DNA of 64,000 nt from Leucoraja ocellata (Eukaryota): NCBI GenBank assembly GCA_036785375.1, contig JAWMAR010000485.1, positions 62,001-126,000 on the forward strand, given 5' to 3'. This document shows, piece by piece, positions 1-10,200 of this stretch (the stretch's first letter is position 1; each line of letters starts with the position of its first letter). The notes beneath the pieces are model-generated. The model did no database searches. It was not told the DNA's origin and saw only the letters and a list, made by a program, of their open reading frames with translations. A program made the position numbers and the translations under genes.

Positions 1-408
1 TTTCCATTGTAGCAGAAGCTGAAGCACCTCAACACATGCACATTACAATGCAAGCTCGGACTGATTAATAAGGCACAGGCTACATGTTACAGGCACAGGC
101 ACATGTTAAAGCCATCACAACTCTCCATCTGTCCATCTGTACTTCAACTGGTATCAACTTCTTTGTACCAAAAACCGCTAAGGTACCAGTCTGGAAGAGT
201 GGAGCACAAACCAGCTGACCTCTCTTGGAACAACAACATTCATGACTCCGCCACTATAACTCCTGGCCCCATCACTGGTGTTTGTCAGCTAGCCCAGACC
301 CCGAGGCTGGACTAAGTGGGTCAATAATTGCTCAAGATTATCCGTCCATGGCTGTATATGGGAGGCTCACCATCAACCTGGCTGCAAATTCTTGAGCAAT
401 ACTGTAGT

Positions 409-732
409 GGGCAGCACAGTGGCGCAGAGGTAAATTTGCTGTCTTACAGGGCCAGAGACCCGGGTTCAATCTTGACTATGGGTATTGTTTCTATGGAGTT
501 TGTACGTTCTCCCTGTGACCGCGTGGGTTTTCTTTGGGTGCTCCGTTCTCCCCCCACTCTCCAAAGAAGTACAGCTTTGTAGTTTAATGGGCCTCTCTAA
601 AAATAGTAAATTGTCCCCAGTGCGTGTAGGATAGTGCTGGTGTATGGGGTGATCGCTGGTCGACGCAGACTTGGTGGGCAGAAGGGCTTGTTTCTGTGCT
701 GTATCTTTAAAGTCTAAAGTCTAAAGTCTAAA
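409..732 (+). mobile_element. tRNA-derived V-domain SINE (HE1-like)
   Basis: A-box-like TGGCGCAGAGG, B-box-like GGGTTCAATC, central TATGGAGTTTGTACGTTCTCCCTGTGACCGCGTGGGTTTT, CR1-like tail GGGCAGAAGGGCTTGTTTCTGTGCTGTATCT and (CTAAAGT)n end. Confidence 0.85.
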
Positions 733-826
733 GGTGCTGTAGGTGAGGCTAAAGAAGTCAGACACCAAGGATAAGGTGATTAGTAGGAAATTGTATGGTT
801 TAACTGTTATTGTATATATATAAATT

Positions 827-1199
827 GGGGCAGCATAATGGCACAGCTTGTAGAGCTGCTGCCTCACACCTCCGGTGACCCAGGGTCATTCCCTACCTCC
901 AGTGCTGTCTGTATGGAGTTTGCACGTTCTCACTGTGACAGCAAGGGTTTCCTCTGGCTGCTCCAATTTCCTCCCAAATCCCAAAGACTTGCAGATTGGA
1001 AGATTAATTGGCTACGGTAGCTAACTTGCATGCAATGTGTTGGTGAGTAGTAGAATCTGGAGAAACCGATGTGAACGTGGGAAAAATAGGAAAACTGGGA
1101 TTAATGTAGGATGTGTGTAAGCGGTTGGTTTATGTCCGGCACAGACCGATGGTGGGCAGAAGGAAATGTTTCCATGCCATAACTCCCTGTGACTCTCTA
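827..1199 (+). mobile_element. Older HE1-like V-SINE
   Basis: Same tRNA head and CTGTATGGAGTTTGCACGTTCTC core; degenerate GGTGGGCAGAAGG...TTCCATGC tail. Confidence 0.75.
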
Positions 1200-1821
1200 A
1201 ATGTGGTTTGCAAATGATGATATGGTTGGACTGTTTTCAGGAATTGTGGTCTTGTGACTCTGACGAAGATTAGAAAAAGAGTGATGGTGATGTTGCAGCT
1301 CTGGCAAATGAGGAATCACAGCTTATGCTATTAACCCGTGGGTATGGACATTACTGGGAGAACAGGATTTAACAATCACTGCTAACCGCGTTTGAGAAGA
1401 TTATGACAGACCTTAACACTATAATTGTTGCAATGCTGTTAAACCTGGAAAACTAGAATGCTGATCCAGTGATAAGGGAGAAGTGCAGTCTAATTGTAGG
1501 TTGGTGTGTGACTGCACCTCAAGTGATTGTGAACACACGTCTTGCTGCCGATATCTCTCCACGTGACAAAGGCTACAAGTAAGTTTGTCACTGTCACCAC
1601 AGCACCCATTATTTCCTGGTCTAGCCTATTATCCCCAGCTATATAACATTGATTCCCATTGTACACTGTAGAAAATCTCTCAGTGTTTTTAAATGTACAC
1701 AGTATACTGCATGTCCCATTGTTCTCCAAGGTACTGTGACAGGAACTAACATCATTCACTGGCAGTAAATTAAAATTAAAAAAAAACTACAGATGTTGGA
1801 ATTCTGGGAAAAAAAGAAACA

Positions 1822-2043
1822 AAGGTTACACAAAAAAGCTGGAGAAACTCAGCGGGTGCAGCAGCATCTATGGAGCGAAGGAAATAGGCAACGTTTCGGG
1901 CCGAAACCCTTCTTCAGAAGAAGGGTTTCGGCCCGAAACGTTGCCTATTTCCTTCGCTCCATAGATGCTGCTGCACCCGCTGAGTTTCTCCAGCTTTTTT
2001 GTGTAACCTTCGATTCTCCAGCATCTGCAGTTCCCTCTTAAAC
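1822..2043 (+). mobile_element. Palindromic Penelope-derived mini-element with hammerhead motif
   Basis: 94-bp perfect inverted repeat 1822-1915/1917-2010 with a 1-nt spacer, plus 3' extension ending CTGCAGTTCCCTCTTAAAC; flanking direct repeat AAAGAAACAAAGGT at 1813-1826 and 2044-2057. Confidence 0.85.
1890..1917 (-). ncRNA. Minimal type I hammerhead ribozyme motif (Penelope-associated)
   Basis: Minus strand reads CTGAAGA-A-GGGT-TTCG-GCCC-GAAA-CG-TT: CUGANGA box, 4-bp stem II with UUCG loop, GAAA box, palindromic ACGU stem III, GUU cleavage triplet. Confidence 0.7.
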
Positions 2044-2493
2044 AAAGAAACAAAGGTGTTGGTTTCACACAAAGGGCAGTGGGTGTACAGAACAAGCTGC
2101 CAGAGGAGGTAGTTGAGCCAGGTACGATCGCAATGTTTAAGAAACGTTTGGATTGGTATATGGATAGGACAGGTTTAGAGGGATATGGGCCAAGTTCAGG
2201 CAGGTGGGACTAATGTAGCTGAGACATGTTGGTCAGTGTGGGCAAGTGTGTGCAGTGTGTGCAGCATCCGTGGAGAGACAACAAAATTAATGTTTCAAGC
2301 CTGATAGAGTCCCTCTGGTAGACTGATCAGGAAGGTTAAGATGCATTGGATCCATGGTGACTAGGTCATTTGGATTCAGAACTGGCTTACTCATAGTACA
2401 CAGAGGATTGTGGTGAAAGGGTATTATTCTGGCTGAACATCTGCGACCAGTGGAATTCTGCAGGGATCTGTGCGGGATCTTTGTTGTTTGTGA

Positions 2494-2503
<10 letters not shown>

Positions 2504-2535
<32 letters not shown>
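2504..2535. repeat. (TA)n microsatellite
   Basis: About 16 TA units inside the old CR1 fragment. Confidence 0.95.
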
Positions 2536-2538
<3 letters not shown>

Positions 2539-2619
2539 GACTTGGATTTAAATGTAGATGGGTTGCTTAGGAATTTGGTGGAGTTGCAGATAGTAATGAA
2601 GGATGTCAAAGTATACATT

Positions 2620-2722
2620 AGGTACAGGATACTGAGTTGGATGATCAGCCATGATCATATTGAATGGCGGTGCAGGCTCGAAGGGCCGAATGGCCTACTC
2701 CTGCAGCTATTTTCTATGTTTC
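2620..2722 (+). mobile_element. Severely 5'-truncated young CR1 3' end
   Basis: AGGTACAGGATACTGAGTTGGATGATCAGCCATGATCATATTGAATGGCGG...TTTCTATGTTTCTA is near-identical to 3871-3976; TATACA duplicated at both flanks. Confidence 0.8.
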
Positions 2723-3227
2723 TATACAACAGGGTATAGATCAGCTGCAGACGAGGGCGGATATCCCTATCAAAACATGAGAGGGGGGACACAATTTCTT
2801 GCAGGCCGCGCACATACCCACACACAAACACACAAACGCGAGGCTTCGGCCATGGGCCCTGTGGACGGTAACATCGGGAGCTGACCTGGTTGGTGACCGA
2901 CTCTGAACTCCAGCAACAGCAGCTTCGTCCACCCCAAATCGTGGGGCTTGAATCGGCACATTCGTGGGGCCTTTCATCACTTAGCACGGCTTAAAATCAG
3001 TCAACATCGGGAGCCTCGATCGCCTCGATGCAGCAGAGTGATTTTAAGCTGGGCCGGGCAATTAAAGGCCCCGCAAACGGGCCGATTCAGCCCTTAGAAA
3101 GCGTCTGATACCCGCTTGAATCTTTCAAAAGCTACAATGTGATAAATAGCACAAACAAATAAAACTGAAGCAAATTAATGCAAACAGAAGCACCAACCAT
3201 GGAAGGGGGAGAGAGAGAGAGAGATGG

Positions 3228-3976
3228 TGGCCGATTAGGAAAAGGAGAGATGCAACGAGACCTGGGTGTCATGGTACACCAGTCATTGAAAGTAGGCATG
3301 CAGGTGCAGCAGGCAGTGAAGAAAGCGAATGGTATGTTAGCATTCATGGCAAAAGGATTTGAGTATAGGAGCAGGGAGGTTCTACTGCAGTTGTACAGGG
3401 TCTTGGTGAGACCACACCTGGAGTATTGCGTACAGTTTTGGTCTCCTAATCTGAGAAAATACATTCTTGCCATAGAGGGAGTGCAGAGAAGGTTCACCAG
3501 ACTGATTCCTGGGATGTCAGGACTTTCATATGAAGAAAGACTGGATAGACTCGGCTTGTATACGCTAGAATTTAGAAGATTGAGGGGGAGATCTTATAGA
3601 AACTTACAAAATTCTTAAGGGGTTGGACAGGCTAGATGCAGGAAGATTGTTCCCGATGTTGGGGAAGTCCAGAACAAGGGGTCACAGTTTAAGGATAAGG
3701 GGGAAATCTTTTAGGACCGAGTTGAGAAAAACATTTTTCACACAGAGAGTGGTGAATCTCTGGAATTCTCTGCCACAGAAGGTAGTTGAGGTCAGTTCAT
3801 TGGCTATATTTAAGAGGGAGTTCGATGTGTCCCTTGTGGCTGAAGGGATCAGGGGGTATGGAGAGAAGGCAGGTACAGGATACTGAGTTGGATGATCAGC
3901 CAGGATCATATTGAATGGCGGTACAGGCTCGAAGGGCCGAATGGCCTACTCCTGCACCTAATTTCTATGTTTCGAT
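3228..3976 (+). mobile_element. Young 5'-truncated CR1 LINE (ORF2 C-terminus plus 3' UTR)
   Basis: Translates as RDLGVMVHQSLK...LYRVLVRPHLEYCVQFWSP...YEERLDRLGLYTLEFRRLRG, one frameshift near 3585, then SRTRGHSLRI...FFTQRVVNLWNSLP; TSD GAGAGATGG at 3219-3227 and 3977-3985. Confidence 0.92.
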
Positions 3977-6247
3977 GAGAGATGGGAAAAACATACTAAA
4001 TACTGTGAGTGACCTGAATGAGGGACTGACCTGCAAGCCAGCCAGGAAACCCGTTCGACCGTATTCCTTAATGACCTGACCCATTTAAATCCGATACCCG
4101 TTTAAATCTTTCCCATCCACCAATACATCCAATTAGTTCAAATAGTAATTGTACCCACATCAGACAGCATTGGAAATCAAAACACAACTGGTGACACATC
4201 GTGTTAATACGGTGTTAATAGAGACATATAACAAACGCTTAACATTGATACCCCCACTGTCTCACGGAAAGCGGAGATTTTAAGGGTTTTTTTTCACCTA
4301 ATTTCAAAATCCGGATTAAAAAACATGGGGCTGCGGAAATGGGCAGAGAAATAGCAGATGGCGCTTAACCCAGTCAAGTATGAGGCATTGCAATATGGGA
4401 GGTTGAATTTGACCCTTAACAATATTGATAAATTGATCCTAGTCCATAGCTCCCTGAAAATGGCCACATAAGTAGATAGAGTGGTAGAGAAGACATATGG
4501 CATGCTTGCCTTCATTGGTCGGGCATTGAGTATGGGCATCAGAAAGTTTCATTGCAGCTTTATAGAGTTTTGGTTAGGCCGTATTTAGAGTTTGTGTGCA
4601 ATTCTGGTCCTTTTCAGAAAGGATGTGGGGACCTTGGAAAGAGTACTGAAGTAAAACAGAATGCTGCCTAAATTAGAGAGTTTTAGCTATATGGAGAGAT
4701 TGTGCAAACTTAGATTTTTTTTCCTGAGGCATCAGAGGTTGAGGGGGACCTGCTGGGAGTATATAAAACGATGAGAGGCATAGAAAGAGTTGACTGTCAG
4801 AACCTTTTGTCCCCAAAGTTTAGAGGGCAAAGCTTTAAGTTGAGCGGAGCAAAATTTAAACGAGATGTGTGAGCATGTATTTTACCCAGAGAGTGTTGGG
4901 TTTGTTTGTACCAGCCCTTTCGGTCTTCTTGGGTGGGAGGATGGGGCGGTAACCAGTGCCCATTGAATCATGTGAACTTTGGAACGACAGCACTGCAGCG
5001 GCAAGCAAGCGCTGTGGGACATGTAGGGCGGGGAACAAAACAGCTCCTTCGACGGAAGGCCAATTCTCAGGCGGAGCTGATATTCCGGCAATTATCGAAG
5101 TTAGTGTCAACGCACTTTCATCCCAGAGTTTTCACAATTCCCATTTTAGCACGCCTTTCATCTTCGCCTCTACTCAACACACCGCCGATGCACATCTCCT
5201 CAAACCACTTCATAAATATTGCATTGATTAAAAAAAAAAAATGTTTAGTAAAACACAATCCTCCTAATGGATGATCGGATATTGTAAACCTGTTTGCTGC
5301 GGGAATTATTATTCTGGGGGGGGGGGGGGGAGTGGATTGATCCAGATGTCACCGTGGGAGAAATTATCAGTTAGGGATATTTTTTGGGGGAGGATGATGT
5401 TCTACAGAGATTGTAAGAATTTCACAGGCAGTTGGGAAAGGGCTGTTGCAGCGGGAGGGGTTTGGCGGTGGATATTATTTATAGATTTGAATTGTCAACA
5501 TGATGCTTACTTAAGCTGGGCGGGAGCTTGTTTGGCTTGGGTACCCTGCCCTGCCTATCTCAGGTACACGCCCAGAGACCTGGAAAATACAAGCATAAAA
5601 TTAACAGCATTTATTGGGCCGTAGGCTCACGTCCCCGACGCCGTGTTTGTGCTAATCTAACACCACTCCCCTCGCTTCCCGGTCTAATAGTCCGATTTAA
5701 GACGCGTTTTCCAATCTGCGTTACGCTAAAACGTCATAGGCATTAGTGCTTCAGCGCCCGGCGATATTGTGGTTAAAATCCATTCGGAGACGAGGGTGTG
5801 ATCAATTGAAAGCGCTGACCATAATATCTGGCTCCCGGGGGCGTATGGATCACAATCCCATTTAAATTCGATAAAAGGCATGTTAAACGAGCAAGCGTGC
5901 ACGTGTGCGCAGAAGTGAGAGCGGGTCTCAGACATTGATACTGCTCCGCTTTGCATTGAATATTGTAAGCACACAGGTTGATGGCTCTGAGTTCAGATTT
6001 CGCAATGCAAATATTGACTTCAGTCGCCTTGATCCCGTACGTCCACTCCCACAAACAGTTTGAGGGAGGGGGGGAGGGGGGGTGTCACAGGCGAGATTGC
6101 AGCCTTTACTGGCACGCCTTGCAATGAGGAGATGCACTCGGACGCCCACACCCCACCACACCTCCAGTGCTCCCTCCCTCCCGCTGCTTAAGGTGCAGTC
6201 AGCGGCGGCGCTGGGTGTTGGTGGCTTGGCGCAGGCTCAGTGTGTTT

Positions 6248-6255
6248 TGACGTCA
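6248..6255. promoter_or_regulatory. Consensus CRE (TGACGTCA)
   Basis: Perfect CREB/ATF palindrome about 480 bp upstream of the ATG, followed by GC-box-like GGAGCGGGGCAGAG. Confidence 0.55.
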
Positions 6256-6732
6256 GTGTGGAGCGGGGCAGAGGCTGGTGCACTCTCGGGCTCTCTCTCT
6301 CTCTCCATTGTCAGCAGTCGAACGATGCGATCAGGCTGAACCGCCGCCGCCGCCCAGCACATCTCACCCCCACACTAATCCACTGACAGCCTCGGCCGGC
6401 CCCAGTCCCCATTCTTTCTCTCTCTCTCTCTTTCTCTCTCCTCCCCTCCCCATCCGAAGGCTCATCCGCTGTCTTGATTGTGCAGAGCTGCGGCGAGAGA
6501 GTGAGGGGAAAAAAAATAACGCCAGCTTTTTTCCAGGATATTCGTGCTTCTGTACAACGGTAAAGGGACGGAGTGAGTCCGGCTGCTTTTTCCCCACCCC
6601 CCCACCTTCCGGCTTTGGATGTGCGATTAGAACCCCGGCGTCTCGCAGCGAGAGGGTTCAGTCGGAGCGAGCGAGTGTGAGTGAGTGAGTGAGGAGAGAG
6701 GCCAGAGCTGTGCGAATTTCCACACACTAACC

Positions 6733-6850
6733 ATGGGATGTACAATGAGCGCCGAGGAAAGGGCAGCCATGGAGCGGAACAAAGCCATCGAGAAATCCAT
6801 CAAAGAGGATGGTATCACCGCCGCCAAGGATGTGAAGCTGCTGCTTCTCG
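6733..6850 (+). CDS. GNAO1: G protein Go alpha subunit, coding exon 1
   Basis: ACCATGG Kozak context; [39 protein letters not shown](G); 118 coding nt followed by GTAAG donor, the standard Gi/o exon 1 length; Gly2/Cys3 acylation sites. Paralog identity not certain. Confidence 0.93.
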
Positions 6851-7070
6851 GTAAGCCCTGAGTTCCCCGAACCCCTCCCTGCCTCTTCCCCGACTACCCT
6901 CACTGACAGCCCCGGCCAGCAGGCAGCGAGCTCCCGGCAGCTCGGCGGGCCTGCCCGCTCACTCTAATCTCTCTTTATCTCCTTACATTCACGAACGCAC
7001 CCTTTCCCCCCCGTCCTCCGTAACCACTTTCTCTCATCATCCCTCGTTCTCTCTTTCTGTTTTCCTACAG

Positions 7071-7113
7071 GGGCGGGCGAATCGGGGAAAAGCACCATCG
7101 TTAAGCAAATGAA
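7071..7113 (+). CDS. GNAO1: G protein Go alpha subunit, coding exon 2 (P-loop)
   Basis: Polypyrimidine tract plus CTACAG acceptor; 43-nt exon encoding (G)AGESGKSTIVKQM(K); GTAAGT donor; phase matches exon 1 across a 220-nt intron. Confidence 0.95.
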
Positions 7114-8644
7114 GTAAGTGGCTTCTGCTTTTATTTTGAGGGGGGCGATGATTTGATTTTATCATTCGAAATGGATTATAATATCGCGCACACATCACCC
7201 TCTTCATATGTTCACGCCTTAGTTTTGAGTCGAGACTGTATCTCGAGGTTAGATGTATATTAATGATAGAGACCGCCATATTTATGGTGCTGTTATCCAG
7301 TCTCCTGTCTCCAATATATTGAAGGTTTTGGTGGAAGGACAGTGACTTTTATCAACATGTGCACTTTGGCCATTGGAGGGTCCAGACTTGTTTTTGCTGA
7401 GGATGGGCTGTTTATTTGTGTCCAGTGTCCTCAATTCTTTGGGAAAGGGTGTGGATCCGGTGTATTTAACGTTGTAGCTGTGTTGGCATGGCTGGGTCTG
7501 CTCCAGTGAATGTGCGAGTATGCATCAAGACAGAGATTGGGGTTCGGTATCATCTACCGCTACCAATTAAGATGTAATACCAAGCTCTCATGTTTGTCAA
7601 GTATTTTTGCCACGTTTGACACTGGGCTGGAAGGCCAGCTCTCTGAGATTTATTAAAACAAATGTCTACATTGGATGCGAAATTAACCCGACAGACGGCA
7701 ACCTGGACATTTTATCGTCACGATCCATTGTGGTAATTAATCAGCCTGGTTGCACAGATTCCGATTCACAGTATTAATAAATGGGTGGAATTCGTGGAAT
7801 TTCTGGTCAGTTTGGTCCCACCCTATCCAATACATTCATTTGAATCCTGATTTCTTCAGGCAATGTGGGATGGAGACGATTTGAAAGGAGGGGGGTGGTT
7901 TAATAAAGGAATGTGCTGAACATTTCTAATCAGTCTATTTTTGCTGTATAATAATGATCGAGGCCTGTCTGTAATTTTTATGGCTGGCCCGGGTTTGTGT
8001 ATGGTGGAAGTGAATGTCCATGCCCACAAATCGCTAAAAGATAGTGGGTGGGTTGGGACAGCAGTCCAAGGCATGTCTCATTTGTACAGAGCGCATCTGG
8101 AGTGTCATGTGCTGTTTTCTGGTCATTCCATCCTAGGAAGAGTGCAGTGCCTTGGATAATAAATGCAGCACAGATTCACTAGGATAATATTGGAGCTTAA
8201 ATTACGTCCTTGGCTTGTTCCCTTGAGTTAAGAATGCTAAATGCCAATCTGTTAAATATTTTTTGATAGTTAGAAATGATAATTTCACCTCACACTGCCC
8301 CGCCCCAGACCAATTGAAACACAGGGTACATTAAAAACCAATAATAATCTTGGCATTTCAATATTGAAATCATAGAAAGCTTTCCCCATGTAAAAGTAGT
8401 AGAAATCTGGACATTTCTTCTCCAGAAGTGTTATGATTGCTGAGACAATTGAATTGTTCAGGACCATGATTGATAGGATTTAATTTGGTACGGTGTCAAG
8501 AAATGTCTTGGCGGTGATTGCATGGAGTTGATTAAAATAAAGCATGAGCTGATTGAACAGCAGAGCTGGCTCCAGGCTAGAATGGCTGCATGTTTCTTCC
8601 TGTGACAATGCCTGCATATCTCTTTGTATATCAACGTGGAAGCT

Positions 8645-8730
8645 GGAGATGGTGCAACTCAGTGGGTCAGACAGCATCTTTTCAGAAAAGTTAATAGGTG
8701 GCGTTTTGGGTCGAGACCCTTCTTCAGTGA
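8645..8730 (-). mobile_element. Degenerate Penelope-tail mini-element
   Basis: AACTCAGTGGGTCAGACAGCATC...GGCGTTTTGGGTCGAGACCCTTCTTCAG matches the family; hammerhead GAAA box mutated. Confidence 0.65.
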
Positions 8731-9539
8731 AAGGTGGGTTCATATCTGGGTGATGAAGTTTGAGTCTTACGTGCTTCTTCTTGGAAGAACAAGCAGATAA
8801 GGTTGAAGATGCTGTTTCTGGGACTCATGTCGGTGTTGCAGCCTAAATTAGTTTGGTTTGTGGATTGTTTTACACTGGGTTGGTACAGGTCAGAGACACC
8901 TAGTATGGTCAAGGTCTACTTTCTGAACCATGTTGGCTTCCAGGCATTGGTTCTTTTTGTACACATTAGCAGGGGTCTACTACTACTGCTACTACTATGT
9001 CAATGTTCTATATCTCCAAACTGCCTCAACTAAAATCTCACCCATATTCATGTTACTTCTGGACAATATCAAAAATCGACCCTTTATATCCAAACTAGTG
9101 CCAAGTTCTGTGTTTCCCAAACCCCTACAAACCAGATTACCCCCCCCCCCCCCCCTTAACTCCAGTCACCTGGTAAAATCCCACCCTTGCATTTAGATCT
9201 TTCCATAGCTCCATCAGTTTACGTTTTCCACCCTGCAAGGCACAGACAAATGTGCATCTCTGGTTCTAGCTTTCTGGTTGTCTTTGCTTCACCACAAGAA
9301 GCCAGCCATGAATTTATGTCTTCTACCCACCCTTAAGCACCCGGCCTCTCCACCCCTCCTCCTGAAAAGCGCTTCTTCTAGTCCTCTCACCACAACCAGG
9401 CATTTGATTATATGTCCAATGTCTTCTGTCAAGCATTTTTGGAGATATTTTATCCCGTTTTCCGTGGGCTGTTTTGTGGCATTTGGTGGCATTTCCGTGC
9501 CATCACCGTCCACGTTTGATTTGTTGGGCTCTTGGCTCC

Positions 9540-10200
9540 ATGTGTTATGACGGGCCCTGTGTGCGCTGAGCTGGGTCAGTGCGCGCAAGGGGTGCGTTTC
9601 ACCGCCGCTCAGTTCTGCGTGGGACCAGAGTTTAGCCCGGACTGTGCTCTCTGATCGGCCGGGATGAAAGGTGATAAACCCTGTCCTGTCGCTCCTGACC
9701 AAGAGCTCCATTCAGGGACTGTCCCGGCCCCCTGGATGGGGTTTTTAAGCTTGGAGCCAGACCAGTGGCAGGTTGGAGCCGGGATGAGGAGCCGGGGACC
9801 GAAGGGCGAGAGGCGGCGTGAGCTTGTGGAGACCGGTGGCGGCCGAGCGACTTTCAGCCGCTTTCGTTGGTGGACAGCGCCCAGGCAGATACGCCGAGCG
9901 GCTTCGGCAGCGCTCGGGCGAAGTCGGCGCCGCGGGAGGGAAGGAGAAGGCGGGGAGAAAGGCGGGGCTGAGCGGCCACGCAGCGGGCGGAGCTGCTCGA
10001 ATCCCCGCGGGTGCTCCGAGCCTGGCGTGCACTGGGTTAAAAGCCCGCAGCTCACCGTGCTGGCTCTGGGGAACGCTGTTAACAGCAGGAAGAGTGGCGA
10101 GGTGTGGTGCGGACATCAGCAGAGAGAACCATTCTTGTTTTCCTCACGACAATCCTGCCGAAATTGTCCCAATCTCCGCGCCGCCAAACAGCACAGAACA
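9540..10200. promoter_or_regulatory. Second, intronic CpG island
   Basis: Dense CpG and GGCGGGG boxes in otherwise CpG-poor intron; not similar to other repeats in the window. Confidence 0.65.

Larger units (their letters stand above)
2311..4905 (+). mobile_element. Old CR1 LINE RT fragment split by nested insertions
   Basis: CR1 RT-type sequence at 2311-2617 (TGGATTCAGAACTGGCTT...CAGAGGATTGTGGTG; CAGGGATCTGTG) resumes at 2729-2751 and again at 4330 (GCTGCGGAAATGGGCAGAGAAATAGCAGATGG) through a degenerate C-terminal region. Confidence 0.7.
5560..7100 (+). promoter_or_regulatory. CpG-island promoter / 5' UTR region of the Go alpha gene
   Basis: Sharp rise in CpG and GC content over and upstream of the first coding exon; G/C tracts and CT microsatellites; transcription start not determinable from sequence. 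Confidence 0.75.

Noticed and set aside
409-480. SINE heads as tRNA genes
   Set aside because: A and B boxes are present, but I see no cloverleaf, and each head is fused to the V core and LINE tail.
1822-2010. Palindromes as miRNA precursors or classical MITEs
   Set aside because: Variable 9-18 bp TSDs, asymmetric arms and homology to a Penelope 3' tail fit retrotransposition; there is no evidence for miRNA processing.
1793-2095. ORFs such as YTKKLEKLSGCSSIYGAKE recurring at 1.8, 29.3, 29.9 and 40.8 kb
   Set aside because: They are translations of the palindromic repeat, not a protein family.
3178-3886. 146-aa and 87-aa ORFs as a host gene
   Set aside because: They are the frameshifted C-terminus of CR1 ORF2 in a 5'-truncated copy with TSDs.
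6745-6771. Alternative starts at Met5 and Met13 giving non-acylated Go alpha
   Set aside because: The first ATG has an optimal ACCATGG context, so leaky scanning is unlikely and nothing else supports it.
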